Source of the DNA: Protoeuglena noctilucae
Taxonomy: Eukaryota
Length of the DNA: 23,867 nucleotides
Direction: 5' to 3'
Assembly: GCA_958009085.1 (NCBI GenBank)
Contig: OY253686.1
Location: 868,001-891,867 of the forward strand
This document shows positions 1 through 11,181 of this stretch, piece after piece; position 1 is the first letter of the stretch, and each line of letters opens with the position of its first letter. Under the pieces are notes generated by a model. That model saw nothing but the letters and a program-made list of their open reading frames with translations, was not told where the DNA came from and ran no database searches. The position numbers and the translations under genes are program-made.

Positions 1-20
1 ATCGGGCATCCCGGCGGGCC

Positions 21-2395
21 ATGGGTCGCCGCGATTGGCTGCGGCTTGCAGCGTGGGCGCAGTGGGCGTTTCCGTGGCGCCGCGTCCCGGCCCCGCTGCG
101 GTCGCCGTGCGTCCATCTCCCACTGGATGCATCGCTCGGCGCGTCCCGGACTCGCGAGCTCGCCTCCAGAGCTTGGCGCGCGGCCCCATCGCCCTGCCTA
201 CGCACTCCAGCCGTGCCGGGCCCCCGCGTCGGGCCCCGCCGCCACGCCGGGCAGGAAGCGACGGACGCCGGCGACCTCGAGGATGAGCGCATCGAGATCA
301 CGGAGTCTCTCCTGTCCGCTCTCCGCGAGCGCCACGCGCGCCACGCTGCGCTGCAGCGGCGTCTCTCCGGGGAAGGCGTCGCGGAGATGGACCCAGCGGA
401 GGTGGCGAGGCTGAACAAGGCAAGGGATACTTTGCGTGATGTATGGGCATGCGCTCAAGGGCACCGGCAACGACCTCACCCGTTTTTGCATGACCGTGTC
501 TGTCGCTGCCCCCTTGGCTGCAGGAGCTGGGGTCCCTGGCGGGGGTGGCGGCGCAGTGGGAGGAGCGCGAGAGGCTCCTGGAGGAGATACGGTGAGCGGG
601 AGGGGCAGGTGGGCCCGCAGGACCCACCATGTGACACGGCAGCCGTGTCGTGCCCCATCGCACGCCTCGCTTCAGATGGCTGTGATAGAGTGAGCTGTTA
701 GGTAGGGAAACCTCCGTTACTTGTTCTTCGCTTCTCAGTGGTCTTCGCGAGGCGGCGGATGACCCCGGGGAGGAGGAGGAGGTGCGTGCCCTGTGCCGCG
801 ATGACCTCAGTCGTGCTGAGGGTGCCCGGGAGGCATTGGAGCAGCGCATGGCGTGGAATATGGTGCCGAGGGACGAGGAAGACGAGGGTGAGTCATGGTT
901 GGTCATGGGTTAGATGTAATCTAGGGACACAATGCGGGTGGGAGAGGTGCGCATGTGAGGGTGCATGTTATGCAGGGGCAGTGCGGGTGGCATGCGCATG
1001 TGAGTAAGGCCGCGTGTCGCACAAAGTGTTGGCACCATGCTAGTGTGAAGGTGCGTGTCCATGCCCCACCCGCAGCCGAGGGCCTGGTGTTGGAGGTGAA
1101 GGGCGCCGTGGGTGGCGAGGAGGCGTGCGTGTTTGCGGGGGAGTTGCTGGCCATGTACCGGTCCTTCTGCCACAGCCGCGGGTGGCGCTTCGACGTGATC
1201 AGCCAGCAGTCCTCCGAGTACGGCCACTGCAAGCACGCCGTGGTGGACGTCACGGGGGCGGGGGCGTACCGGTGAGGCATCACAGCTGCATCACAGTCGT
1301 GTGTCTTGCTATGTAACACTGACTTAGATGGTACTGGATCCACTCCGCTACTAGGGTAAGCACGGCAGCATAGCACGCTCTTGCCTCGGCCGTGCGTGCG
1401 GTGGGGCAAAGGCACCCTCGGGTGCATGGATGCTCACCTGACAGCCCATCACGTCAGATCTGACGCTCAGGGCATTGAAGCACGAAGCGGGCATCCACCG
1501 CGTACAGCGCGTGCCCGACACCATCAAGGCCGACAAGGTGCAGACGAGCGCGGCGGCCGTGCTGGTGCTGCCACGAATGGGGGAGGCGCAGGTGCAGCTG
1601 GACATGAGGGACGTGGCGGTGGAGGTCATGCGGTGAGATCACATGAGCAGCTGGGCATGACAGGTCCTGAGTAGCCAGATTTGGATGGTGATTCGGATGA
1701 CAGGCCACCTGTTGGCAAGTTGGCCAAACATGCGCCATCGCACTGCTACATATTGTTAGTGCTACACACCCTGCCGCCCCTCGTCAATCCACTTTGCTCC
1801 CTCCTCTCCCCCTGTCCCCCCAGTTCCTCTGGCGCTGGCGGCCAGCACGTCAACACCACCGAGTCAGCCGTCCGCGTGACCCACCTGCCCACGGGCGTGT
1901 CGGTGCGGGTGCAGGACGGCCGCAGCCAGCACCAGAACAGGGAGAGGGCGCTGCAGATTCTTAGGGCGAAGCTACTCGACGCGGAGAAGGCCAGGGCAAC
2001 GGTGAGGCACTGTCATGGCACTTTTGTGCATTCTCATACACTCTCATTCGCTGTTGTGCACTCGCATGCACCATGGCACTCGCATGCACTGGCTTGCACT
2101 CGCATGCACCCTAACACCCTTCTCCTTCCCCTCCCCGCAGGAGGCTCGCGGCCAGGAGGCCTCTCAGCAGCTGGGCACGGGCGACCGCTCTGCCAAGATC
2201 CGAACCTATAACTTCAAGGACGGCAGGGTGACGGACCACCGCGTGGGCCTGGTGCTGTACAAGCTGTCCGAGGTGCTGAAAGGGGAGGCCCTGGGGGAGC
2301 TGGTGGATGCGATGGGGCGGGAGGAGCGGAGGAGGAGGGCAGAGGAACTGGTGGGGGCGATGGGGGGGCGCGCGAGGGGGGGGGAGGGGGGATAA
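21..2395 (+). CDS. prfA: Class I peptide chain release factor 1, organellar (probably mitochondrial mtRF1a-type), ~468 aa; exons 21-419, 524-591, 739-887, 1076-1271, 1471-1632, 1824-2001, 2141-2395
   Basis: The spliced product has RF1 motifs: [36 protein letters not shown] (PxT), [25 protein letters not shown] (GGQ), [28 protein letters not shown] and RVTDHR. All intron phases match. Intron 1 has a GC donor (AAG|GCAAGG at 420). The Arg-rich N-terminal extension resembles a targeting peptide. The start ATG is tentative because it lies at the window edge. Confidence 0.93.
2058..2109 (+). repeat. Three imperfect tandem copies of GCACTCGCATGCAC in RF1 intron 6
   Basis: The 14-mer is seen at 2058-2071, 2076-2089 and 2096-2109. 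Confidence 0.85.
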
Positions 2396-2649
2396 GTGGT
2401 GACGGGAGGACTAGGGAGTGTTTTTGTGAAGCATCGTTGGTTCAATGATGGCACGCGAAACATGTATCGAGAAAGCACGAAGCACTGTTTGCACCCCAGC
2501 TCTCCATACCAGAGCCTCTCCCCACACCCACCACGGCTCTCTCCACCACCCACCCGTTCCCCCTATCCCTTCCCACCTAGTCCACCTCTCCACCCGGTCC
2601 TTCCATCCCCCCATCCCAATATTCACCTCTCCCCCTCTATCGCCGCATC

Positions 2650-4173
2650 TCACGCCCTAGGCACGGCTGCCCGGAAGGACGCCACCATGGCCCTGAGCCT
2701 CTTCTCGTTCCTGGCCCACTGCTTGTCGTGAGCCGTGACCTTGAGCATCAGCGCCAGCTCGCCGTTCGTGGTGATCTGAGGGGGGAGAATGGGACACGAG
2801 AGATGGGCGGATAGTAAGGCGGGCCTGGAGTGGCACCAGCGATGGGGTGGACAGGGTCAGGTGGCAGCGGAGCGACGCAAGGGCTGAGCGATCGCGACCA
2901 TAGTCGCTGCCATCCCCACCTGCGCCAGGATGTGGGGCCCCGTGAGCGCGTCGGGTGCGTTGAGCTCGTAGGTGTAGTACGTGGACGCGTCGTCGTCATA
3001 CTGCGAGTAAAGAGAGACAGTCAGTAAGTGACTCACGCAAGGCTCACGTGGACACATGGTCACATAACAGAGGCAGACAGCTGTACCATTGATGGGTAAT
3101 GACCCATCACCCATCTTACCTTGACGGACTCCTTTCCCACCACGTCCCCCGGCTCCAGGTAGTTCCCCGTCAGGAACTGCCCAATGGACTCGAGCACCCC
3201 CTGGGGCGTCCCCACCTCCTCGATGGTGGCGCGTGCCTTGGGGGTGAGGCGCTCCAGGGGGGAGACGATCACCTCGGCGCGGCCCTCACGAGCATTGCTG
3301 AAGATCACCTGGGGAGACGGGAGAGATGGGAGATCGGTGGAGTGTGTGTGGAGGTGTGGGCATGGTGGTGGGTGCAGCGAGCGTGGCAGGCTGGGTTGTC
3401 AGCAAGTGTGGTGGGTGCGGCATCAAGGCGTGTGAGTGGCGTACAAGGCAGAGCAAGAACAGAGCCCTTCCAGCATATGCCACTGCCCCATCCATTCCAG
3501 CACATCCCCCATCTAGCCCACCCTTGCCTCAGTCCATGGCTCCGCGCACCGTGGCTGGCAGTAGTTCCCCGACTGGATGTTGGCCACACGGTCCTGCGTT
3601 TCATAAACCAACATATATGTTGCATCTCGACTGCCTCGTGCTTGGTGCAAGCATCTGAAATCAAGTGGGTATTTTAGAGCCGGCTTGCCTCAGACCAGGA
3701 GGCGGGAAGGATGAAGGTGTAGGGGCGGTCGGGCTTGACGGTGCCGGCGCGGATGGCGGGGGTGGCGCGGGGGCCGGGGACGTAGCGCACGAAGTCGTCG
3801 ACGCCGGCGGGGGGCAGGTAGTTGCCCACCTCCTTCCCCGCAGCTGCGGACGCCGCGCCTGCCCCTGGCGACCCGGCAACGACGGCCGCCAGGGCCAGGA
3901 GGGCGCGGCGGGAGACGTCGACGGGGGCGGCATCAGCAGACGGGCGGACGCTGCGGGGGGCGAGGTGGGCAAGTGCAATGAACTTGAATTCAAGAAGACG
4001 GCATGCAGCCAATGGGGAAGGGACAGAATAGATGCCATGCCACAAGGCGCGACGCCAAGGACGCGCCTGGCCCTGCAGGCGACGCCTGGTGTCGAAGAGG
4101 AGACGGATGCAGCCACGCCTTGGGCCGGGCGCGTTGCCCGGGGCGCGACGGGGATGCGGCACGACGTCGCCAT
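2650..4173 (-). CDS. PPD6: PsbP domain-containing protein 6 (thylakoid lumen), ~276 aa; exons 4173-4067, 3950-3689, 3593-3528, 3308-3120, 3000-2920, 2775-2650
   Basis: The spliced product reads EVGNYLP...TPAIRAG...PYTFILPASWSE|DRVANIQSGNYCQPRCAEPWTE|VIF...SPLERLT...ATIEEVGTP...FLTGN...YYTYEL...ALTGPHILA...KQW, matching plant PPD6 as I recall it. It has a transit peptide plus a Tat signal (SRRALLALAA...AxA). Three of five introns need GC donors (4066, 3688, 3527). Confidence 0.9.
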
Positions 4174-4940
4174 CTGCACGGGGAGCGCAGGGGGCCGTCG
4201 CTGCGCACTGCCACAAACCGCGATGCGATACTGCATCTGTGGCGCGGAGCGAGAGATGGGGGCGACTAAGCGGGGCGCGCGGCGCGGGCGATGGGACTGC
4301 TCTTGTGTGGCAGGTGCGCAGGGGCCCTCAGCAACGCCAGCTGGCCAGCCAAGCAAGTTTTGCCAGCGCGGCGAATCGAGTTTGGAGACGAGATATCTGC
4401 ACGCGCTGCATCGGTGCGCCCGAGGAGGCATCGCGGGCGATCCGGACGCAGCCCTTCGCGCGCTCTCGCCCACACTTTGAGCACGCTACGCAGGCGCGGG
4501 ACACGCGTTAAGGGCGCAGATAGACAGTGGCAACTTCAGTTTCCCTAAATCCACGGCCTGAACGTCGGCAACGCATCCATCGCGCCCTGTGCTCGCCTGG
4601 TTCTACGTGTGACGTCTCCCGAGCTCGATTCGTTCCCAACACGCGAGCCTTTGGTATCTCGTGCTTGTTTGATGTACCGCCGTTGATATCCAGCGGGTAC
4701 AGCAGGTTGCGAGCGAGCCAATTTATGGAGTCAGGGTAAGACTGATATCACATGTGTCATGAACCATTCAAGCCGCACCATGCTTTGCAACATCAGCCTG
4801 TTCGTCACCTGTCGTCCCCTCTGTGCTCCGATCTGCTTCCCGCGGGGTGTGATTCCGTCCTGGATCGTGCGCCCTGTGTATCTGCACTGGGCGCGCTTTT
4901 GCAACCTCCACAGGCTTGCGATCTTTCGGTTTTCCACGCC
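4174..4940. promoter_or_regulatory. Divergent (head-to-head) intergenic region between PPD6 and the P450 gene
   Basis: Inferred from the opposite orientation of the flanking start codons. The region is CpG-rich. No specific element was identified. Confidence 0.45.
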
Positions 4941-7900
4941 ATGCTGTCGCTTCAATCTCTTCAAGCCGCGGACGCTCCCGGCGGTGCCCGCGGAGCGCGT
5001 CACGGCACCGGGCGCGCCCGCCTGGTCGTGCCGGGGAAAGGGGGCCCGTCGCGCTTCGCTGGGCGTCCCGTGTCCCTCCTGACCCGCCGAAGCGGAAGCT
5101 CTGGATCGGTCGCTACCACCTTGACGGGCGACAGCCCAGGCGCGTGTCCCCGCTCCGCGCGCGTCCTCAACTACCCAGCTACCCCAAGGCCACCCCTGCC
5201 ACGCATGCCCGCTCTCTCCCGCCGCCCCAGGCAGCGAGGCTCCCCTCCCCGGCAGCCGTCCCGGCCAGCGCTGGGACGGCCAGTGGCGCCCCCCCGTGGT
5301 GGAGCCCCGCGGGTGGTGGGCAAATGTCCCCCTGCTGCGCCGCTGGGTGGGCGTGCTTCCCCAGCTGTCCATCGACCGGATGAACACCGTGGCTGGCCCC
5401 GCGTGGCTGGAGGCGCTGCGATCCGACGCCGTGTGGTACTGGATCTTCAACCGCGACATCTACCACCTGCGTGACCCAGACGACATGGCTGAGGTGGCGA
5501 GGAGGGTGGAGGACTTCGCGCCCCCGGGGGCGAATAACAAAACGCTCAAGATATTCCTTGGGGACTCCCTCGTGATTGCATTTGGGGTGTGGGAAAGTGA
5601 CAGTCTCAGCGTCATTTCTACCCATGTGCCGCTTGCAACAGCCACGCACCCCTCACCCTCACTCTCACTGTCACTCCCATCCCTCACCCCCACTCCCACC
5701 TCCTCCCCCGCTGCTCGCAGATTTCCCTGGATGGCCCCCGCCACAAGGCCGAGCGCGAGGCCCTCAGCCCCCCCTTCCAGGGGTCATACGTGCAGAGGAT
5801 GGTCCCCACCGTGGCCGCTTGCGCCGAGGACCTGGCACGCGTGCTGGCCATCAAGCAGGGGCAGCCGCAGGAAGTGACCGAGACGCTGCGGTGAGTGAGT
5901 GGAAGGAGCAGGGGCAGTGGAGCAGGGAGCGACCGAGACGCTGCGGTGAGACGAGCAGGGGCAGCATGCTGACGGTGGCATGCTGCTCACCCCACTCCTG
6001 CCCTGCACCCCACCCCACCCCAAGCACTCCCCTCCCCATTTCCTTAATCCGCGCACGCCTCACCCTCACCCTACCCCCACTCCCCATCTCTCTTCATTCC
6101 CCCCAGGCGTGCTGCCCTGGATGTGATCGGCCGCGTCGGATTCGGCACCGACTTCCGCGCCCTGTGGTCCCAGCTGGGGGGTAGCGAGGAGGTTGTCAGT
6201 GCGGGGCAGTCGGATGACGTGGGTGACTTGATGGAGCACTGGCAGGACTTTGCCGACTCCGCGGAGAAGATCATGTTCATGCCGCCGGTGAGTTGCTGAT
6301 TACTACTGGCTACTACTTAGACTACAGCACTACGTGAGGGCCATGGTCATGGTCGTGTTCGCCTTCCACCACTCACATCTCTCACTCACCCCCACTCTCT
6401 CACATCTCACTCCCCACTCCCTCTCAGTCCCTCGCGTGGTTCTCCCCCTCCTTCTACCGCTACCGCCGCGGGGTGGACCGCATCACGCGTGCGGCCAGGG
6501 GCATGATGGAGAGGAGGAGGCGGGCAATGGAGACGGGCAGCAATGCGCAGGGTGAGGAAGAAGGGGAGTGGAATGCATGATGGGCAGGCATGGGAGCGCA
6601 GTGCGGCACTCACTACTCACCCTCACTCTCACCCTCACCCTTGCTGCCACCCTCACCCTCACCTCCACCCCCACTCTCACTCACTACCACCCCCACCCTC
6701 ACCTTCACCCTCACCCTCACTGCCACCCCCCACCTCCCCCCCAGGCGCCACCCGCGACGTCCTCTCCCACCTCCTCGCCAACCAGTCCCGCTACGGCATG
6801 TCGGAGCAGCAGATCTTGGATGAGATGAAGCTGCTGCTGTTTGCGGGGGTCGACACCACCGCGGCCACCGTCAGCGCCGCCATCCACGGAATGGCGGGGG
6901 TGAGTAAGGGGGGTGGCATGGCTTGACAGGGAGTGTGCAGATGATGTGAGTGTGTTATCCGCCCATCTCACCAACCAGTCCTATCACTTCCACGCCACTT
7001 CTCCCGCACACACACAGCGCCCCGACTGGCAGCGTGCGTGCAAGGAGGAGATCGACGCTGTGATGGGTGACAGGCCACTGTCGGAGATGACGTATGAAGA
7101 CCTGCAGGTGAGGGAGATGATCGTGTGGCGATGCATGGGGAGATAGATGCAGTGGAGATGGCCATGCTAGAGAGTGCGGCAGGCAGAGACCCATCAACGC
7201 GCATGACGCACCACAGCCTGTCACCATTACTACTACCACTCACCACCACCACCACCACCACCACCACCACCACCATCACCCACCTCCTCCCCCCCCCCCC
7301 CAGTCCCTGCGCCGCGTGCAGTGCGTGTGGAGGGAGTCCCTGCGCATGTGGCCCGCCAGCCTCGGCACGGCACGCACAGCCAGGCACGACACGCAGCTGA
7401 GGGGATACGACGTGCAGCAGGTGAGGGTTGAGGTGGATGGCAGATGAGGGTGGGTGGCAAGACCATGGTTCCTCCCTCCCTCACTCACATTCACTCACTC
7501 ACTCCCTCACCCCTCTCCCACCCCCACCCCTACCCATAGGGCACCACCATGGTCCTCAACTTCTGGGCCTTGCACCGCCACCCCTCGCTGTGGCCCCGTG
7601 CGGACGAATTCCTCCCCGAGCGGTGGCTCCCTGAGTATGCACCCACGCTGGGCCCCTCACGTTCTGACGCCCTCATGCCATTCAACGTGGGGCCGCACGC
7701 ATGCATCGGGGCCACCCTCGCCAACGCGGAGGTGAGAGGGAGAGAGAGGTGGGGGGAGATGGCTCAGGTGCTGTTGCTGACACCCAGCTAGTAGACTATG
7801 CACGGATGGAGAGGCGGCTCAGGTGCTGTCACATTCCATATGAATCATTGAATGCTGTCACAATGAGATAAACTTCCTTCTGCCAACACACCACCATGAG

Positions 7901-8124
7901 ACTCATTGACTTAGTGTAGCTAACACTGCTAACACATCACACACACACACCCACACCCAACCCATCCCCAGGGCCCCCTGCTTCTCGCGTCTGTGCTGCG
8001 TTCCTTCTCCATCCGCGGCGTGCCTGGGTGGGAGCCCGACTGGGTGCAGCGCATGACCCTGTCCAGCACGTGCGGGGTGCACGCGGTGCTCAGGCCGTGG
8101 GGAGACGAGAAGGGGAGGGAGTGA
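4941..8124 (+). CDS. Cytochrome P450, family unassigned, possibly plastid-targeted, ~573 aa; exons 4941-5139, 5231-5571, 5721-5890, 6107-6287, 6428-6551, 6745-6899, 7018-7107, 7304-7420, 7540-7731, 7972-8124
   Basis: Motifs present: LDVIGRVGFG, I-helix LLFAGVDTT, K-helix ESLR (ExxR), FLPERW and heme loop PFNVGPHACIG. The exon phases join into one frame. The N-terminus is rich in Ser/Arg/Ala/Gly with no hydrophobic ER anchor. The first intron uses CAG|GCGCGT. Confidence 0.93.
6608..6720 (+). repeat. Degenerate (CACCCT/CACTCT)n microsatellite in a P450 intron
   Basis: Repeated ctcacc/ctcact hexamers are visible in the 3' half of intron 6552-6744. Confidence 0.75.
7241..7273 (+). repeat. (CAC)11 microsatellite in a P450 intron
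   Basis: A perfect CAC triplet run, with a poly-C tract just before the 7301-7303 CAG acceptor. Confidence 0.9.
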
Positions 8125-8390
8125 GATGTGGAGGGATGGGGATGAGGGGTGGGGATGAGGGTGGCATGGGGGTGCACGCGGTGCTCAGGCCGTGGGGGGG
8201 GGGGGAAGAGAAGGGGGAGGCGTGAGGGTGTAGATGGCATGGGGTGGGTCACGATGGATGGATGGACTGTGTTCAAGGCTCCAACTGTCGCCCTTTGAGT
8301 GTATAGCAAACGAGGCGTTCCATGACGTTCCCTTAGATCCATAGTGTGGGTTGAATTCGAGAAACAAAGTCATCGCCTATCCATCGCCGC

Positions 8391-10938
8391 TCAGTCCATC
8401 TCTGCCTCCCCCATGCTCTGCCACTCCCAGTCGGGGAGGTGGAGGTCCACGGTGCCCCTGGGGAGAGGAAGAGGGGGGTGAGGGCAAGTGTGGTGACACT
8501 GACATTGGGTGCAAGAAGCAGTGGGGGTGCAGGGCAGTGGGGGTATGACATGCGCACAGGCGCATCCAGAGCGCAGTGCGTGACACACAGCTACCACTCC
8601 AATCCATCATTCCCCTTCCATGATCACCGGTACACGTAGGTGGCCATGACCCCCATGGACTGCCTCATGCCTCTTTCACTCCCGTCTGCCATCCAGTGCA
8701 CGTGGTGAGACAGGGCGCCGTTCTTGAGGTGGAAGGAGGCCACGGGGTCACGCAGTGAAGAGAGACTGCAGAGATGGGGGGTTACGGCAGCAGTGATGGG
8801 GTGCATGGCAGGCAGCTGTCCTTGTTGGAGAGTCGCAACCATGCATCGCTGACCACTCACACCCAGTCACTGCCATGCTCACCCGACCCCTCCCCTCAGT
8901 GCCTGTCCCCCGCTCTCCGCGATGTGCCAGTGCGCCATCCGCAGCAGCGCCACCACCGCCCACCGAGGCACACGAACATGAGACGTGGGGACACTGCTTT
9001 GATCTGCCAGGGATGCCACGTGTCTCTGCAGCTGCGCCCAGAACCGCGCCTGGTCCTCGGATGTGAGACGCGACTGCTGCCACAGGTGACTGCAAGGGTT
9101 GTTAGACGATGGGGCGATGGTGACACTGGTAGAGGATGGTAATAGATGATAACATAGGCAGCGATGTGATGTCAACTGCACTCTCATGCAACACCACATC
9201 ACATTACCCTGCTCTCACCTGTGCAGTCCCTCCCATGCAGCCCCCGATGCATCTCCCTCGCTCCCCGCTCCTCCCACATGCGCATCCACCACCTCTTTCA
9301 CCCATGCATGGAATCGTGGCATGGGTGACAGGGTGGCGATGGTGGAGGCGCGGGGACCCTCGGCATCACCCACCACCCGCAGTGCCGACTGCAGGGGGGG
9401 GGAGGTGGAGATGCAAGCGATGCGAATGGGGAGCAGTTACATACTACTAGTATGGACGGGTCGCGTGACATACAATGCAAACAAGGGCATGCGTTCGCTT
9501 GCACACCTGCGCATCAAGTCAGCCGTCGCACTGCGCCACACCGCCCATGCAAGGCACCTTGATGATGTGCTGCCCCAGCCCCATGCCCCCCAGCGACGGC
9601 CGGCGGTTGCTGACGCTGTACAGGGTGAGGGTGTCTGCTTGTGAATTGGCATGTGCCTTGCTGGGTGACGCCGCCTCTACCACCGCTGCCAGGGAGCGTG
9701 GGACACCGCGAGTGAGGGCGCCCCACAGCTGGGCCAGGGGGGTGCGGGGGAGCAGGGGGTGAACCAACACCTGCGGGACAGATAAGGTGGGGATGACGAG
9801 AGGGGAAGTGGAAATGCGAGAGCAGCAGTGGCTCCCTGGCAGGCATTGTCAGCGATGGCTAGCTCTTACTAGCGCTGCTAGCAGGCAACATGGTCTGTCA
9901 CCATCAGTCTGCCGTCCGGCCCCATGCGGTTGAGAAGGTCCCCGGGTCGCGCCACGGCATGCACCCTCTCGGTGCGCCACAACGCATCCAGCATCTGAGA
10001 CAAAAGGCAGAGGCGTTGCATGAGAACAAAACATCACCGTGACAACACCTCCATTAAGTCAGTCGCATGTCGCATGTCGGATCGTCAGCAATGCACTGAC
10101 CTCGTCGTCCACGTCGCCAGCACTCACGACGCAGAAGCGCAGGCGGTCGGCATGGCACGCCCGGGTCACGGCCTCACGCACCACGCCACGCCCAGACGCC
10201 TCCCCTGTTGACCGTGGTTCTCCTCTTGACCCCGCATCTGCCTCTGCCGCGTCTGCCAGGTCCAGGAGCAGCCGCAGCCCCGGCCCCGTGCGACCCAGGC
10301 ACTCGGCCACACAGCGCCATCCACGCCCACCGCTCCCGGACCTGCACGCAACATCCATCGCCGCGAGCAGCCGGCCGTGGAAGGGACCCGCACTGCGTCC
10401 CTCTCGCGCCTCCTCTGCCGCTGCTGTCAGTGCCGCCGCTGCCACATGAAATGGGTCATTGTCTGCCGGTGCATCGGGTGCATTGGCATCGGCAGCAGCT
10501 GCGGTGGTGGCCACCCGGTCGCAGGCGTCGATCAAAGCCTGGGAGGGCGAGAAGCGAGAGATGGCGTGAGCGATACGAGGAGTTGCTGCTAGGAGGAGGC
10601 ATGGGGCGCACCCTTGCCTGGACGTCTGCCCCGCTCCCCGCTGAAAGGGAAGGGCTTGCAGCCTCCGCTCCCTCCCCTCCGCTGTCACTCTTCGCAGCTT
10701 CCGATTTCACTGCAGAGGGCCCCTGCCACGCGCGGAGGAGGGCGAGCGACTCCGCGAGAGCGGTGCGGGGCTGGGCCGCTGGCTCCGAGCCCCGCTGCAA
10801 TGAATGGGGGGGTAATTCGAATATCCAGCGAGGGACGAACACAAGGGGCGCGTGAACAAAGTGCGGGGACGATGCGACACTAGATGGCGCGCATAACTGC
10901 GCAACAGTGACGCCAACTCGATGAATAGAGCGCAGCAT
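8391..10938 (-). CDS. MLYCD: Malonyl-CoA decarboxylase-like protein (divergent), ~548 aa; exons 10938-10618, 10538-10101, 9994-9902, 9770-9558, 9388-9219, 9089-8883, 8765-8628, 8457-8391
   Basis: The spliced product aligns by eye with MCD blocks: TERVHAV...DLLNRMGP (EAVH...DLKRRVGP), HPLLPRTPL, LYSVSNRRPSLGGMGLGQHIIK (FYSIS...GLQGVELG.FLIK), ATLSPMPRFHAW (SLSPIPGF..W) and DPVASFHLKNGA...WMADGSERG...SMGVMATYVY (NPVANFHLQNGA...WMAD.S.RG...S.GLMANYRY). The start and the last exon are tentative; an in-frame TGA at 8626-8624 is the alternative end. Confidence 0.85.
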
Positions 10939-11181
10939 GCCGAGGGGTTTGATGTGACAGGAGCAGCGGAGTGACTGATACGTGTCAAAGTTGAGGCATA
11001 GCATAAGTGCATCGGGAATCATGCGTCCAATCGGCGCCATCAGAACGCGCGTGCCAGTGAATGCGCATGAACACCATTATGAGGCTTCGGAGCGATGGGG
11101 CGACCTGCCACATCGCCTCTCTCGAAGAAGATGTAGGTGTCCTGATCGCCTTGAGTCCCTAGACACAGCTGACCGGAGGCG
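10939..11181. promoter_or_regulatory. Short (~240 bp) divergent intergenic region, candidate bidirectional promoter
   Basis: It lies between the tentative MCD ATG (- strand, 10938) and the ATG at 11182 (+). Inferred from orientation only. Confidence 0.4.

Noticed and set aside
2396..2649. Chlorophyte TGTAA polyadenylation signal; TGTGAAGC seen after both the RF1 and CDF stops
   Set aside because: TGTAA was not found in the 3' regions; the copies I saw are intronic (e.g. ~915, ~1312, ~17541). Two TGTGAAGC hits are too few to call a signal.
9219..9301. MCD donor at TGG|GTGAAA (9301)
   Set aside because: It gives the wrong phase for the next exon. Extending the exon to AG|GTGAGA (9218) restores the frame containing LLRMAHWHIAE.
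4941..10938. P450 plus malonyl-CoA decarboxylase as a biosynthetic gene cluster
   Set aside because: There is no scaffold enzyme (PKS, NRPS or terpene synthase) nearby, and the neighbours are unrelated housekeeping genes.
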